Shown here piece by piece: positions 14,439-27,469 of a stretch of DNA of 64,000 nt (position 1 is its first letter; every line of letters starts with the position of its first letter). The position numbers and the translations under genes are program-made. This DNA comes from Escherichia coli (lineage in GTDB: Bacteria > Pseudomonadota > Gammaproteobacteria > Enterobacterales > Enterobacteriaceae), in the NCBI RefSeq assembly GCF_016903815.1, contig NZ_CP069973.1; one strand, given 5' to 3'. The notes below the pieces were generated by a model. It had not been told where the DNA came from. It saw nothing but the letters and a program-made list of their open reading frames with translations, and did no database searches.

Positions 14439-15116
14439 ATGAGTGCGTCGTTGGCGATTCTAACCATCGGCATTGTACCTATGCAGGAAGTTTTGCCGCT
14501 CCTGACAGAATACATTGACGAAGATAATATTTCCCATCATAGCCTGCTGGGGAAGTTAAGCCGCGAAGAAGTGATGGCGGAGTACGCGCCAGAAGCAGGC
14601 GAAGACACCATTCTCACATTATTAAATGACAACCAGCTGGCCCATGTTTCGCGTCGTAAAGTGGAACGAGACCTGCAAGGTGTGGTTGAAGTGCTCGATA
14701 ATCAGGGTTACGACGTCATTATATTAATGAGTACAGCAAACATTAGTAGTATGACCGCGCGTAATACGATCTTTCTTGAGCCGTCGCGGATATTGCCACC
14801 GCTGGTTTCCTCTATTGTTGAAGATCATCAGGTGGGGGTTATCGTACCGGTTGAGGAGTTGCTGACCGTTCAGGCGCAAAAATGGCAAATTTTGCAGAAA
14901 CCGCCAGTATTTTCATTGGGTAACCCCATTCATGATTCAGAACAAAAAATCATTGATGCCGGGAAAGAATTACTGGCAAAAGGGGCTGATGTCATCATGC
15001 TGGATTGTTTGGGATTTAACCAGCGTCATCGCGATTTACTGCAAAAACAGCTCGATGTTCCTGTCTTGCTCTCTAACGTATTGATTGCACGGCTGGCTGC
15101 GGAATTACTGGTGTAA
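14439..15116 (+). CDS. aroM: AroM protein
   Basis: 225 aa, synteny. Confidence 0.9.
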   Translation: MSASLAILTIGIVPMQEVLPLLTEYIDEDNISHHSLLGKLSREEVMAEYAPEAGEDTILTLLNDNQLAHVSRRKVERDLQGVVEVLDNQGYDVIILMSTANISSMTARNTIFLEPSRILPPLVSSIVEDHQVGVIVPVEELLTVQAQKWQILQKPPVFSLGNPIHDSEQKIIDAGKELLAKGADVIMLDCLGFNQRHRDLLQKQLDVPVLLSNVLIARLAAELLV

Positions 15117-15187
15117 TTTTGCGTGACAGCCAGCGCCTCTGGCCCCTATAGTGAAGTAGATGTTCAACTACCAGACAGGGCCAGTTT

Positions 15188-15472
15188 ATGCTTCAAAGTA
15201 ATGAGTACTTTTCCGGCAAAGTGAAATCGATCGGCTTTTCCAGCAGCAGCACTGGTCGCGCCAGCGTGGGTGTTATGGTTGAAGGCGAATACACCTTCAG
15301 CACCGCTGAGCCGGAAGAGATGACGGTAATCAGTGGCGCGCTGAATGTGTTACTGCCTGACGCGACCGACTGGCAAGTGTATGAAGCCGGTTCGGTGTTT
15401 AATGTTCCCGGTCACAGTGAGTTTCATCTGCAAGTTGCCGAACCCACCTCTTATCTGTGCCGCTATCTGTAA
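15188..15472 (+). CDS. ppnP: pyrimidine/purine nucleoside phosphorylase PpnP (YaiE)
   Basis: 94 aa cupin-like protein starting [17 protein letters not shown]. Confidence 0.9.
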
Positions 15473-15679
15473 TTCCTCGCCTTCCCCTTGAACGGGAGGG
15501 CATTTTTCTGAAATGTTCTCTCATAAACCCATAATAATATTTCCTTTGCTGCGATTTTTTCGATTTCCGATATATTCATAATTCATCAAGGTTGATATAA
15601 ATATCAGCGAAGATCTCCAGATATTGTTGCGGAACTGGCGACGATAAAAGATAAATCAGATGATGAATGGTGGCGTGCA

Positions 15680-15961
15680 TTGCTGCAAAGTCGCAATGAT
15701 CATTTGCGCCAAACGGCATTGCGCAACGCACATACCCCGGCGTCGTTGTTAACGGCATTGACTGAGCCTCAGGATCGGGCGTTGGTTATTAATAATCCAC
15801 AGTTGGCTGCCGATGTGAAAACGATGTGGTTAAAAGATGATCCATCATTACTCTTATTTGTCGATCAACCCGATCTTTCGCTGTTACGTGATTTAGTGAA
15901 AACCGGGGCAACGCGGAAAATTCGCAGTGAAGCGCGTCACCGGCTTGAGGAAAAACAATGA
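15680..15961 (+). CDS. ykiA: ykiA-like small ORF (possibly pseudogene)
   Basis: 93-aa ORF with a TTG start and no clear RBS; reading frame is open further upstream without an ATG. Confidence 0.35.
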   Translation: MLQSRNDHLRQTALRNAHTPASLLTALTEPQDRALVINNPQLAADVKTMWLKDDPSLLLFVDQPDLSLLRDLVKTGATRKIRSEARHRLEEKQ

Positions 15962-16048
15962 CACAACGCCCATGGAGCAAGTTACAGCGTAAAACGCATA
16001 ATATTGCTGCGCTAAAAATTATTGCCCGCCGTAGCGAATAATTATATG

Positions 16049-16103
16049 CCTGGTGTGGCTTCGTACGCCGGATAAGACGCGGCAGGCGTCGCATCCGGCA
16101 TTA
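16049..16103. repeat. REP (repetitive extragenic palindromic) element(s)
   Basis: GCCGGATAAG...GCATCCGGCA palindromic units typical of E. coli REP/BIME. Confidence 0.6.
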
Positions 16104-16118
16104 AAGGTAAATCAGCAA

Positions 16119-17030
16119 TTAACGTTGTGCTTCGCCACCTAATCCTTCAATCAGGTTTTGAATTAACGCTGCCAGTTCACCAGTCATCAGGATGAAATCG
16201 GCATCAAAACGCTGGGCGAAATCTTCACGGTCGATATCTTCGTTTTGATCGCGCAGCTCGTCGCAGAACTTCAGACGCTTGAGCGAACCATCGTCGCACA
16301 TCACAAACTGAATGCGCTGCTGCCAGTCGAGCGCCAGTTTAGTCACCACTTTTCCGGCTTCAATGTGATTGGTGATCTCTTCGCTGGTCAGATCTTGTTT
16401 CTTCGCGCGGATCACTCCACCATCTTCCAGCAGCGATTTCAGCTCGGCTTCATCAAGCAGCTGGAAGCCCTGTGCCGCGCTGCCGGAGCGTACCCATTCG
16501 GTCAGCGTCAGTTCAATCGGGTTTTCCATGCTCAATGGTACAACCGGTAACGACCCCAGGCTTTTACGCAGTAATGCCAGCGTATCTTCCGCTTTTTTGG
16601 CACTGGCGCAGTCCACCATAATCAAACCGTTAACCGTGTCGATCCACATCATTGTCTGGCTAAAACGGCTGAAAGCACGTGGCAGCAGAGAGTGCAGCAC
16701 TTCGTCTTTCAGCGAATCTTTTTCGGTTTTCTTCAGCTTACGCGCCTGTTCCGCTTCCAGTTTGGCGATTTTCGCTTCCAGCGCCTGTTTAATCACCGGA
16801 GACGGGAGGATTTTTTCTTCTTTGCGCGCGCAGATAACAATTTGACCATTGGCAACGTGCGTTAACGCATCGCTGTGCGATCCCATCGGAGGAACCCAGC
16901 CCATCTTCGCCATGTCCTGGCTGCCGCATGGGGTAAATGCCATCGAGGCTAGCTGTTTTTCCATCTCTTCTGCACGCAACGAAATCTCGCGGCTAAGACG
17001 GTAAACCATTAAATTTTTGAACCACAGCAT
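16119..17030 (-). CDS. rdgC: recombination-associated protein RdgC
   Basis: 303 aa from [12 protein letters not shown]. Confidence 0.95.
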
Positions 17031-17154
17031 GATAATTTCCACGGCCTTGTCGTTAAATTTAGCGGGCATGATAACGAATTGTCGGCGGCCTTGCATTGCC
17101 AATCCAGTTGTCCGTCTCTACGCTATTGATATTGAAAAAAATAAGGAGAGTACC

Positions 17155-18063
17155 GTGCGTATAGGTATCGATTTAGGCGGCACCAAAACTGAAGTGATTG
17201 CACTGGGCGATGCAGGGGAGCAGTTGTACCGCCATCGTCTGCCCACGCCGCGTGATGATTACCGGCAGACTATTGAAACGATCGCCACGTTGGTTGATAT
17301 GGCGGAGCAGGCGACAGGGCTGCGCGGAACGGTAGGTATGGGCATTCCTGGCTCAATTTCGCCTTACACCGGCGTGGTGAAGAATGCCAATTCAACCTGG
17401 CTCAACGGTCAGCCATTCGATAAAGACTTAAGCGCGCGGTTGCAGCGGGAAGTGCGGCTGGCAAATGACGCCAACTGTCTGGCGGTTTCAGAAGCAGTAG
17501 ATGGCGCGGCAGCGGGAGCGCAGACGGTATTTGCCGTGATTATCGGCACGGGATGCGGCGCGGGCGTGGCATTCAATGGGCGGGCGCATATCGGCGGCAA
17601 TGGCACGGCAGGTGAGTGGGGACACAATCCGCTACCGTGGATGGACGAAGACGAACTGCGTTATCGCGAGGAAGTCCCTTGTTATTGCGGTAAACAAGGT
17701 TGTATTGAAACCTTTATTTCGGGCACGGGATTCGCGACGGATTATCGTCGTTTGAGCGGACATGCGCTGAAAGGCAGTGAAATTATCCGCCTGGTTGAAG
17801 AAAGCGATCCGGTAGCGGAACTGGCATTGCGTCGCTACGAGCTGCGGCTGGCAAAATCGCTGGCACATGTCGTGAATATTCTCGATCCGGATGTGATTGT
17901 CCTGGGGGGCGGGATGAGCAATGTAGACCGTTTATATCAAACGGTTCCGCAGTTGATTAAACAATTTGTCTTCGGCGGCGAATGTGAAACACCGGTGCGT
18001 AAGGCGAAGCACGGTGATTCCAGCGGCGTACGCGGCGCTGCGTGGTTATGGCCACAAGAGTAA
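17155..18063 (+). CDS. mak: fructokinase / manno(fructo)kinase Mak (ROK family)
   Basis: GTG start, [18 protein letters not shown]-terminus, Cys-rich zinc motif CYCGKQGC. Confidence 0.93.
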   Translation: MRIGIDLGGTKTEVIALGDAGEQLYRHRLPTPRDDYRQTIETIATLVDMAEQATGLRGTVGMGIPGSISPYTGVVKNANSTWLNGQPFDKDLSARLQREVRLANDANCLAVSEAVDGAAAGAQTVFAVIIGTGCGAGVAFNGRAHIGGNGTAGEWGHNPLPWMDEDELRYREEVPCYCGKQGCIETFISGTGFATDYRRLSGHALKGSEIIRLVEESDPVAELALRRYELRLAKSLAHVVNILDPDVIVLGGGMSNVDRLYQTVPQLIKQFVFGGECETPVRKAKHGDSSGVRGAAWLWPQE

Positions 18064-18106
18064 AAAACGTAGGCAATTGGCGCATCATGCCTGATGCGAC
18101 GCTTGC

Positions 18107-18740
<634 letters not shown>

Positions 18741-18753
<13 letters not shown>

Positions 18754-19034
18754 TGTTTTGCCACTGAACTTAACCGGGCAGCTACCCGGGGTAGAGACTC
18801 AGAATGCCCGAGAGCATAAAGAACCACGCAAAGTTTATCTTCAGGAGAATAGCTACGCCTGTGTCTGCAATCCAGTGCCCGAGGACCGTGAAGAAGAAAA
18901 AGATTAATCCAGTGTGAGAGGCTGGTGTGAGAAAGTTGAAAGAGTTTTGCCGTAGAAATGATGCCTGCATGACCAGCCAGGTAATGATTTACAGCGGCAA
19001 GTTTTACTTCAAATGAATGTTTCATAAACTGCAC
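18741..19034 (-). CDS. IS3-family transposase OrfA (HTH DNA-binding part)
   Basis: 97 aa; resembles IS150-group OrfA (..EVKLAAVNHYL..). Confidence 0.6.
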
Positions 19035-19076
19035 CTTCAGATGTCAGATTATGTACAACATTTGGGGTGCAGTTCA

Positions 19077-19178
19077 TGACGCGTCTTATCAGGCCTACAA
19101 AATGTGCCAGAACCGCGTAGGGCGGATAAGGCGTTCACGCCGCATCCGGCAATAAGCAACGCGCACCGTGACAGTAAT
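19077..19178. repeat. REP/BIME cluster
   Basis: GCCTGATAAGACGCG / GCCGGATGCGGCGTGAACGCCTTATCCGCCCTAC-type palindromic units on the opposite strand. Confidence 0.6.
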
Positions 19179-20363
19179 CTACCCCAGTGGTTTCGCCAGC
19201 ACCGGACTATCCGCCGCTTGCTGGCGCTTATAGCGACCATACAGCAGCAACGACGACATCGCAGCAAACGAAAGCAGGGCGGCAGGCAGCGCCACGTAAT
19301 TATATGCCAGCCCCAGCGTCAGCATCATACCACCGCAATATGCGCCGACGGCGCTACCGAGGTTAAACGCTATTTGCCCACCTGCGGCACCTAATAACTC
19401 TCCGCCTTTGGCATTTTGCAGTAACAATATTTGCAGTGGTGCTGAAAGGGCAAATAATCCCGCGCAACAAATAAATGCAAAAATAAGCGACGTTGTTTTC
19501 ATGCCGCCGAAGAAAAAGAGCATCAGCAGTGCCAGCACAATAATAAAGTCAGTTACTGCCGCAATGCGCAGTGGTGAATAACGTCCTGAAATCCGGCCAC
19601 TTAGCACATTCCCCAGCACCATCCCTAGCCCAACTAACATCATAATAAAAGTCATCGCCGTTTCCGAAAAACCGGAAATAAACATCATGTATGGCTTTAC
19701 GTAGCTGAACCAGGCAAACACACCTGCGTTGCCAAACATGGTGGCGGCGAAAATTAACCACGGGGCCGGGCTGCGCAAAAAGTGAAATTGTTCGCGTAGC
19801 TTCCCTTTCGCCTCGTCGCGAATATCCGGCACCCAAAAATAGACCGATGCCATCACCGCAATATTAAAAACAGCGATCAATAAAAAGGTGTAACGCCAGC
19901 TAAATTCCTGACTTAAATACGTTCCCAGCGGAATGCCCAGCAAATTGGCGACTGTCATCCCGGAAACCATCCCCGCCACGGCGGCGGTGACTTTGCCGGG
20001 TTTGATAATTTTCGATAACACGATCGCGCCGACGCCAAAAAATGCACCATGCGGAAAGCCGGAAACCAGCCGACCAATGGCGAGCATCAGGTAAGACGAA
20101 GAGAGCGTGAACATGGCGTTGCCAATGACGCACAACGCCACCAGAAACAATAAGATATGTTTGAGTGAGTAGCGGCTGGAAAAGAGTGCGATGATTGGCG
20201 CACCGACCACCACCCCCAGCGCATAATACGAGATCATATGCCCGGCAGCAGGAATCGAAATTCCTACGTTATGCGCCAGCTCCGTGAGCACGCCCATAAT
20301 GCCAAATTCGGCCATCCCCAAACCAAACGTGCCCAGAGCCAAAGATAAAATGACTTTTTTCAT
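19179..20363 (-). CDS. araJ: MFS transporter AraJ
   Basis: 394 aa from MKKVILSLALGTFGLG, 12 TM MFS pattern. Confidence 0.93.
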   Translation of the reverse strand: MKKVILSLALGTFGLGMAEFGIMGVLTELAHNVGISIPAAGHMISYYALGVVVGAPIIALFSSRYSLKHILLFLVALCVIGNAMFTLSSSYLMLAIGRLVSGFPHGAFFGVGAIVLSKIIKPGKVTAAVAGMVSGMTVANLLGIPLGTYLSQEFSWRYTFLLIAVFNIAVMASVYFWVPDIRDEAKGKLREQFHFLRSPAPWLIFAATMFGNAGVFAWFSYVKPYMMFISGFSETAMTFIMMLVGLGMVLGNVLSGRISGRYSPLRIAAVTDFIIVLALLMLFFFGGMKTTSLIFAFICCAGLFALSAPLQILLLQNAKGGELLGAAGGQIAFNLGSAVGAYCGGMMLTLGLAYNYVALPAALLSFAAMSSLLLYGRYKRQQAADSPVLAKPLG

Positions 20364-20488
20364 ACCACCATCACAACCACCAGAACGGCTACCAATCACC
20401 GTAGCCAATAAAGTGATAGCTTGCAGGATAACGACCAGCAAGGCCAAGAGATAATTCGCCCCTCTGTATTCATTATCCTGCTGAATAG

Positions 20489-23400
20489 TTATTTCACTGC
20501 AAACGCACTTTCCAGTTTGCTGTAGCCCAGGCCGTTGATCTTCTTCACTTTGATCTGCACCGGAATACGCTCTTTCATCGCTTCAACGTGGCTAATCACA
20601 CCGATGGTTTTGCCACTGGCATTCAGGGCATCCAGCGCATCAAGGGCGGTATCCAGCGTTTCGCTATCCAGCGTGCCAAAACCTTCATCAAGGAACAGCG
20701 AGTCAATACGCGTTTTATGGCTGACCAGATCCGAAAGCGCCAGCGCCAGCGCCAGACTGACGAGGAAACTTTCGCCGCCGGAAAGGGTACGGGTATCGCG
20801 TACCGCATCTGCCTGCCAGGTATCAACAACCTCGACTTCCAGCGCCTCGCTGGCTTTGCGCTGTAACAGATAGCGCCCGTGCAGCCGGGTAAGTTGCTGA
20901 TTAGCGAGATGGACTAAATTATCCAGCGTCAGCCCCTGGGCAAACTTGCGGAATTTATCGCCCTCTTTGGAACCTATTAGCGAATTCAGATATCCCCAGT
21001 CCTCAACCTGCTGCGTCATTTGAGCAATTTGCTGCATTAAGGTTTGCTGTTGCTGACGGTTGTCTGCATCCTGCTTCAGCTGCTGGCGAATCTCGCCCTG
21101 ACTGGTGGTGTTTTCACGCAACTTTTGGTGAGTTTGCGCTAACTCTTGCTGAATCTGCTTCACCGTCACAGTGAGAGTCAACCCGTCAGGTCGGTGTTGC
21201 TGATGCTGTGCCAGCGCTTCTGCTGTCTGAGTGACCAGCGTTTGCGCCTGACGGCGCTGGTTTTCCAGATTCTGCTTGAGCTGTTCCAGCTGCGTTAGTG
21301 TTTGTTCATCCATTAGCGCCGCAAGGAACGCCTGCTGATCGTCAAAGACGCTGGCCTGTAGCGCGGTGTCAAACTGCGCCTGGGCTTTTTGCAGACTTTG
21401 CGCCGCCAGAACGTCCTGTTGCTGTAACGTCTGCTGCTGGCTGTGTAATGCGAGACATTGTTCATGAACCTGCCGCCAGTTTTCCAGCACCACAGTTTCT
21501 TCGCTGTGCGGGAGTTCATCACTTTGCGGCAACGTTTCCAGAATCGGCGTCAGTTGCTGAATACGGTTTTGCAGCGCGGTTAATTCGTTCTGGCGATGCT
21601 GCCAGCTCTGCGCTTCTTGCTGACGCGTCGCCAACCAGCTCTCTTCTTCATCTTCCTGTGGCAATGTCAGTGCATAACCCGCCAATGCCGTTAAGAGCTG
21701 CTGCTGGCGTTGTTCAATTTGCTGTTGATACTGAATAATTTGCTGATTATGCGCGGCAATCTGCCCTTGTAATTCATGCCGTTGGCTGAGTAACCGCAGC
21801 TGGCGTTCGTGCTCATCTTGTGCATCCAGCCACGGTTGAATATCGTCCTGTGGCTGCAAGGTGATATTGAGGCTGGCCGTGACGGCTTGCCATTGTTGAG
21901 TAAGTGCTTGCTCATCTTGTCGGAGGCTTTGCGCTTCGTTTTCATCGCGCTGAAGCTGCTTCGTTAATGCATCCAGTTGCCCACGTAGCGCCGCACCTTC
22001 TTCGCCGAGCTTTTTCACTTCTTTTTCCAGCGTTAATAGCCGGGCCTGATTAACGCCCGGTTCCAGCGCCTGATACGCCTCGACCGCCGGGTGGCTGGTG
22101 GAACCACAAAGTGGACAAGGCTGACCCGCCTGTAACTGCGCGCGCTGGGCTTCCAGCGTTTTGATGCGCGCTTCCTGCTCGCAAATGGTTTTGACATCGG
22201 CAAGTTGCTGCGTCTTTTCTTTATAACGCTGGCGCATTTCGTTAAGTGCGGCGTTACGTTGCGTCTGTTCTTGCGTGACATTCTGGATAGTGACCTGTAA
22301 TTGCGCCAGGCGTTTTTGTTGGGGAACAATCTGTCCATGCAACGCGACCAGGCGCTGACGCAGCGTGCGTTGCTCAGCATGTTGCGCCAGGGCGGTAGCA
22401 ACTTCATCGGCGGTTAACGTCAACGTGATCGCCGCAAGCGCATTAAGTTTTTGCTCAGCATGGGTTAACTGTTGCTGCCATTGCCGCAGATGCTCGCGAT
22501 CGCTGGTTTGTTGGGAGAACTGCGCACGCCAACCCGCCAGTTCGTTGTTCCACTGACGGAAGCGGTCGTATTCCTGTAACCAGGTATTCAGGCTTTGTTG
22601 CTGCTGCTGTAATTCTGCTGACTGCTTCGCCGCGTGGTGGCGAATGCTCGCGCGAAGCGCCATTGTGCTCTGTAAGCGAGTATTTACTTCTTCAATCTGC
22701 TGGCGAGTATGCGCCAGCGCCGCGCTGTGTTCTGCGATGCGTTCCCAGTGCGGACGAAGATTTCGTGCCGGTTGTGCCAGACTGAGCGCCGCCAGTTGAG
22801 GTTGCGCTTTTTCTTCTTCGGCTAACGCCTGTTGCAAGGCCTGCTGACGGCGGCTGGCTTCTTGCTGCAATTCGTCCAGACGCGTTAACCAGTTTAGTGA
22901 TTGTTGTTCTTGCTGCTGCGCGGTAAGTAACTGTTTTTCTTCGTCAGTAAGTACCTGCAAACTCGCTGTCAGCGATTGCACTTGTTCCGGCGTGAGCAAC
23001 GCGACGCCGCTGGCCTGCGCTTGCAGCTTCTCCAGCTCTGTGCGGGCTGATTTGTGCTGCTCAAAAACCATCGCCGAGATTTGCCCGTAGATTTCAGTGC
23101 CAGTTAACTCCTCGAGCAATTCCGCGCGTTCTTTGGGTTTGGCATTCAGGAAGGCAGCAAATTGCCCCTGCGAAAGCAGCATCGAACGGGTGAAGCGCCC
23201 GTAATCCAGTCCGGTTAACGTCGCCGTCAGTTCCAGCTTATCTTTCACTTTGTCGGCGAGAATTTTGCCATCGGCGCAGCGCGCCAGCTCTACGCGTGGC
23301 ACCTGCAAATTACCGTCCGGCTGGTTACGCGCCCGATTCTGGCTCCAGAACGCGCGATACGCTTCACCTTTCACTTCAAACTCCACCTCCGCCAGACATT

Positions 23401-23632
23401 CGGCGGTATCGCGGGTCATGAGATCATTTTGCGATTGTGAAACGTTAGAGAGGCGCGGAGTTTCGTGATACAGCGCCAGACAAATGGCGTCCAGCAGGGT
23501 GGTTTTCCCCGCACCGGTTGGGCCGGTAATGGCAAACAGCCCGTTGCTGGCGAACGGCTCGCGGGTGAAATCAATCTTCCATTCGCCTTTTAATGAGTTC
23601 AGGTTTTTCAGGCGCAGGCTGAGAATTTTCAT
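20489..23632 (-). CDS. sbcC: ATP-dependent dsDNA exonuclease SbcC (SMC-like)
   Basis: 1047 aa, N-terminal Walker A (GPTGAGKTT), long Q-rich coiled coil, CxxC zinc hook (CPLCGS), C-terminal signature and D-loop. Confidence 0.96.
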   Translation of the reverse strand: MKILSLRLKNLNSLKGEWKIDFTREPFASNGLFAITGPTGAGKTTLLDAICLALYHETPRLSNVSQSQNDLMTRDTAECLAEVEFEVKGEAYRAFWSQNRARNQPDGNLQVPRVELARCADGKILADKVKDKLELTATLTGLDYGRFTRSMLLSQGQFAAFLNAKPKERAELLEELTGTEIYGQISAMVFEQHKSARTELEKLQAQASGVALLTPEQVQSLTASLQVLTDEEKQLLTAQQQEQQSLNWLTRLDELQQEASRRQQALQQALAEEEKAQPQLAALSLAQPARNLRPHWERIAEHSAALAHTRQQIEEVNTRLQSTMALRASIRHHAAKQSAELQQQQQSLNTWLQEYDRFRQWNNELAGWRAQFSQQTSDREHLRQWQQQLTHAEQKLNALAAITLTLTADEVATALAQHAEQRTLRQRLVALHGQIVPQQKRLAQLQVTIQNVTQEQTQRNAALNEMRQRYKEKTQQLADVKTICEQEARIKTLEAQRAQLQAGQPCPLCGSTSHPAVEAYQALEPGVNQARLLTLEKEVKKLGEEGAALRGQLDALTKQLQRDENEAQSLRQDEQALTQQWQAVTASLNITLQPQDDIQPWLDAQDEHERQLRLLSQRHELQGQIAAHNQQIIQYQQQIEQRQQQLLTALAGYALTLPQEDEEESWLATRQQEAQSWQHRQNELTALQNRIQQLTPILETLPQSDELPHSEETVVLENWRQVHEQCLALHSQQQTLQQQDVLAAQSLQKAQAQFDTALQASVFDDQQAFLAALMDEQTLTQLEQLKQNLENQRRQAQTLVTQTAEALAQHQQHRPDGLTLTVTVKQIQQELAQTHQKLRENTTSQGEIRQQLKQDADNRQQQQTLMQQIAQMTQQVEDWGYLNSLIGSKEGDKFRKFAQGLTLDNLVHLANQQLTRLHGRYLLQRKASEALEVEVVDTWQADAVRDTRTLSGGESFLVSLALALALSDLVSHKTRIDSLFLDEGFGTLDSETLDTALDALDALNASGKTIGVISHVEAMKERIPVQIKVKKINGLGYSKLESAFAVK

Positions 23633-24831
23633 ACTTCGTGTTCTCCGGCGAGGGTATGCAACGTCGTGGTGAAAAGATACTGCAGACGTTGCTGCTGCGA
23701 TTCATCCAGTTCTTCCAGTGCCAGACGGCGATTGAACACCTCTTCGACGCTGAGTTCGCTGAGGGTTTCACGCTGTTGGCTGGCTAACACACGCTCGCGC
23801 TGTTCACGACTCCGGCGTACCAGCAATACTTCGACAGGCAATGATTCGGTTAATGCCTGGATTTTGCGCTGAATATCATGCAGATACTCATCAGTAGTGA
23901 TTTCGATATCCAGCCAGACAGGTGGCTCCTGTGATACATCGCGCCACTGTTCCAGCTGTTCGGTAATCGACGCCAGATCGCCTTTCAGCACCGCCATGGG
24001 TTGCGTTACCGGTACGTTCAGGTTTTCCACGCTCTCTAATTTGCCGTTTGAAAATGTCACCAGATGGACATATTTACTCTTACCGCATTCATCAAAACTC
24101 AGTGGAATGGGGGAACCGCAATAGCGAACATGTTCCATGCCGCCAATAATCTGTGCGCGGTGAATATGCCCGAGCGCGATGTAGTCGGCTGGTGGAAAGT
24201 TTTGTGCCGGAAACGCGTCCAGCGTGCCAATATAAATGTCACGCACGGCGTCACTTTTACTGGCACCCACGGTCGTTAAATGTCCCGTGGCGATGATGGG
24301 CAGAGGCTGATCGCCGCGCAGTTTGCAGGCATCGGCATAGTGTTGTTGGTAATAATCGGTAATCGCTGCCAGCAAATGCTGCTGTTTTTCAATACCGTTA
24401 AGCCCCGCCTGGCTGGTAATAATGTCACGCGGACGTAAAAACGGAATGGGGCACAGCACTGCGCCTGGCGTCCCGTCGCGACGAGGCAAGATTTGCGGCG
24501 CATGTCCGGCGCTGGCGACCACGGTCGTATTGAGGAACGCCATGATATCGCGCGATTCATTCAGCGTGGCGACCGAGTCATGGTTTCCTGCCAGTACCAC
24601 CAGATGACAGCCAGTTTGCTGTAAATTGACAACAAAACGGTTGTATAACGTGCGGGCGTAACTGGGCGGCGAGCCGGTATCGAAAACATCACCAGCAACA
24701 ATAATCGCATCCACCTGATGGGTTTGTGCTGTCTCCAGCAGCCAGTCAAGAAAAGCCTGATGTTCAGCTTCGCGGCTTTTACTGTAGAAGTTCTGGCCGA
24801 GATGCCAGTCTGAGGTGTGAAGGATGCGCAT
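23629..24831 (-). CDS. sbcD: nuclease SbcD (Mre11-like)
   Basis: 400 aa from [12 protein letters not shown] (calcineurin-like phosphoesterase motifs); overlaps sbcC start by 4 nt. Confidence 0.95.
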   Translation of the reverse strand: MRILHTSDWHLGQNFYSKSREAEHQAFLDWLLETAQTHQVDAIIVAGDVFDTGSPPSYARTLYNRFVVNLQQTGCHLVVLAGNHDSVATLNESRDIMAFLNTTVVASAGHAPQILPRRDGTPGAVLCPIPFLRPRDIITSQAGLNGIEKQQHLLAAITDYYQQHYADACKLRGDQPLPIIATGHLTTVGASKSDAVRDIYIGTLDAFPAQNFPPADYIALGHIHRAQIIGGMEHVRYCGSPIPLSFDECGKSKYVHLVTFSNGKLESVENLNVPVTQPMAVLKGDLASITEQLEQWRDVSQEPPVWLDIEITTDEYLHDIQRKIQALTESLPVEVLLVRRSREQRERVLASQQRETLSELSVEEVFNRRLALEELDESQQQRLQYLFTTTLHTLAGEHEV

Positions 24832-24939
24832 AACGGTTCCCTGGCGAAAAAGCATGGGCGCGATTATACCCAAACAGATGTGCCATTTGCTTTTTTCTGC
24901 GCCACGGAAATCAATAACCTGAAGATATGTGCGACGAGC

Positions 24940-24966
24940 TTTTCATAAATCTGTCATAAATCTGAC
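24940..24966 (+). promoter_or_regulatory. Pho box of the phoBR promoter
   Basis: TTTTCATAAATCTGTCATAAATCTGAC tandem Pho-box repeats, followed by CATAAT -10-like hexamer. Confidence 0.8.
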
Positions 24967-25020
24967 GCATAATGACGTCGCATTAATGATCGCAACCTAT
25001 TTATTACAACAGGGCAAATC

Positions 25021-25710
25021 ATGGCGAGACGTATTCTGGTCGTAGAAGATGAAGCACCAATTCGCGAAATGGTCTGCTTCGTGCTCGAACAAAATGGCTT
25101 TCAGCCGGTCGAAGCGGAAGATTATGACAGTGCTGTGAATCAACTGAATGAACCCTGGCCGGATTTAATTCTCCTTGACTGGATGTTACCTGGCGGCTCC
25201 GGTATCCAGTTCATCAAACACCTCAAGCGCGAGTCGATGACCCGGGATATTCCAGTGGTGATGTTGACCGCCAGAGGGGAAGAAGAAGATCGCGTGCGCG
25301 GCCTTGAAACCGGCGCGGATGACTATATCACCAAGCCGTTTTCGCCGAAGGAGCTGGTGGCGCGAATCAAAGCGGTAATGCGCCGTATTTCGCCAATGGC
25401 GGTGGAAGAGGTGATCGAGATGCAGGGGCTAAGCCTCGACCCGACATCTCACCGGGTGATGGCGGGCGAAGAGCCACTGGAGATGGGGCCGACAGAATTT
25501 AAACTGCTGCACTTTTTTATGACGCATCCTGAGCGCGTGTACAGCCGCGAGCAGCTGTTAAACCACGTCTGGGGAACCAACGTGTATGTGGAAGATCGTA
25601 CGGTCGATGTCCACATTCGTCGCCTGCGTAAAGCACTGGAGCCCGGTGGGCATGACCGCATGGTGCAGACCGTGCGCGGTACAGGATATCGTTTTTCAAC
25701 CCGCTTTTAA
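25021..25710 (+). CDS. phoB: phosphate regulon response regulator PhoB
   Basis: 229 aa, receiver plus winged-helix OmpR family domains. Confidence 0.97.
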
Positions 25711-25767
25711 CGCCTTGCTCATCGGACGCAGAGCAGGGCTTATGATTTCTTAACTGGAGTATCTTAC

Positions 25768-27063
25768 GTGCTGGAACGGCTGTCGTGGAAAAGGCTGGTG
25801 CTGGAGCTGCTACTTTGTTGCCTCCCGGCTTTCATCCTGGGTGCATTTTTTGGTTACCTGCCCTGGTTTTTGCTGGCATCGGTAACGGGACTGCTTATCT
25901 GGCATTTCTGGAATTTATTGCGCCTTTCATGGTGGCTGTGGGTGGATCGTAGTATGACCCCGCCACCGGGGCGTGGTAGCTGGGAACCGCTACTATACGG
26001 CTTACACCAGATGCAGCTGCGAAATAAAAAACGCCGCCGTGAACTGGGCAATCTGATTAAACGCTTTCGTAGCGGCGCGGAGTCGCTACCCGACGCAGTG
26101 GTGCTGACCACGGAAGAGGGCGGTATTTTCTGGTGTAACGGTCTGGCGCAACAGATTCTTGGTTTGCGCTGGCCGGAAGATAACGGGCAGAACATCCTTA
26201 ACCTGCTGCGTTACCCGGAGTTTACGCAATATCTGAAAACGCGTGATTTTTCTCGCCCGCTCAATCTGGTGCTCAACACCGGGCGGCATCTGGAAATTCG
26301 CGTCATGCCTTATACCCACAAACAGTTGCTGATGGTGGCGCGTGATGTCACGCAAATGCATCAACTGGAAGGGGCGCGGCGTAACTTTTTTGCCAACGTG
26401 AGCCATGAGTTACGTACGCCATTGACCGTGTTACAGGGTTACCTGGAGATGATGGATGAGCAACCGCTGGAAGGCGCGGTACGTGAAAAAGCGTTGCACA
26501 CCATGCGCGAGCAGATCCAGCGGATGGAAGGGCTGGTGAAGCAATTGCTGACGCTGTCGAAAATAGAAGCCGCACCGACGCATTTGCTCAATGAAAAGGT
26601 TGATGTGCCAATGATGCTGCGCGTTGTTGAGCGCGAGGCTCAGACTCTGAGTCAGAAAAAACAGACATTTACCTTTGAGATAGATAACGGCCTCAAGGTG
26701 TCTGGCAACGAAGATCAGCTACGCAGTGCGATTTCGAACCTGGTCTATAACGCCGTAAATCATACGCCGGAAGGCACGCATATCACCGTACGCTGGCAGC
26801 GAGTGCCGCACGGTGCCGAATTTAGCGTTGAAGATAACGGACCGGGCATTGCACCGGAGCATATTCCGCGCCTGACCGAGCGTTTTTATCGCGTTGATAA
26901 AGCGCGTTCCCGGCAAACCGGCGGTAGCGGATTAGGGTTAGCGATCGTGAAACATGCGGTGAATCATCACGAAAGTCGCCTGAATATTGAGAGTACAGTA
27001 GGAAAAGGAACACGTTTCAGTTTTGTTATCCCGGAACGTTTAATTGCCAAAAACAGCGATTAA
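25768..27063 (+). CDS. phoR: phosphate regulon sensor histidine kinase PhoR
   Basis: GTG start, 431 aa, H-box SHELRTPL, HATPase motifs. Confidence 0.97.
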   Translation: MLERLSWKRLVLELLLCCLPAFILGAFFGYLPWFLLASVTGLLIWHFWNLLRLSWWLWVDRSMTPPPGRGSWEPLLYGLHQMQLRNKKRRRELGNLIKRFRSGAESLPDAVVLTTEEGGIFWCNGLAQQILGLRWPEDNGQNILNLLRYPEFTQYLKTRDFSRPLNLVLNTGRHLEIRVMPYTHKQLLMVARDVTQMHQLEGARRNFFANVSHELRTPLTVLQGYLEMMDEQPLEGAVREKALHTMREQIQRMEGLVKQLLTLSKIEAAPTHLLNEKVDVPMMLRVVEREAQTLSQKKQTFTFEIDNGLKVSGNEDQLRSAISNLVYNAVNHTPEGTHITVRWQRVPHGAEFSVEDNGPGIAPEHIPRLTERFYRVDKARSRQTGGSGLGLAIVKHAVNHHESRLNIESTVGKGTRFSFVIPERLIAKNSD

Positions 27064-27090
27064 TCCGCCTTTGTCATCTTTTATTGCCAT

Positions 27091-27119
27091 AAGCCAGCCG
27101 ATGCTGGCTTATTTTCTTT
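27091..27119 (+). terminator. rho-independent terminator after phoR
   Basis: Stem AAGCCAGC/GCTGGCTT with 4-nt loop followed by ATTTTCTTT. Confidence 0.7.
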
Positions 27120-27469
27120 GCAGTCAAAATACGGGCGTTAGATTTTACAACGGTTGGTGATTTTTTGTTCGCATGATTAGCCATGTCTTTTTCACGGAAA
27201 TAGTGTTTTATACTGGTTGGTGATTTCTTATCGCTATATACCTCTGGTTTTTAGATCCCTTCTTGCTTTAAAACGTTATAAGCGTTTAAATTGCGCTTCA
27301 GGTGCTGTCATACTGACTGCATTCACGCGGTAAATCGAAAAACTATTCTTCGCCGCGCCTGGTTGGGAGTATTTCCCGCTAAAATTGTTTAAATATACCG
27401 CTGTATCATCCCCAGGGATTGGCACAAAAATTTAACGTTACAACACCACATCCACAGGCAGTATGATTT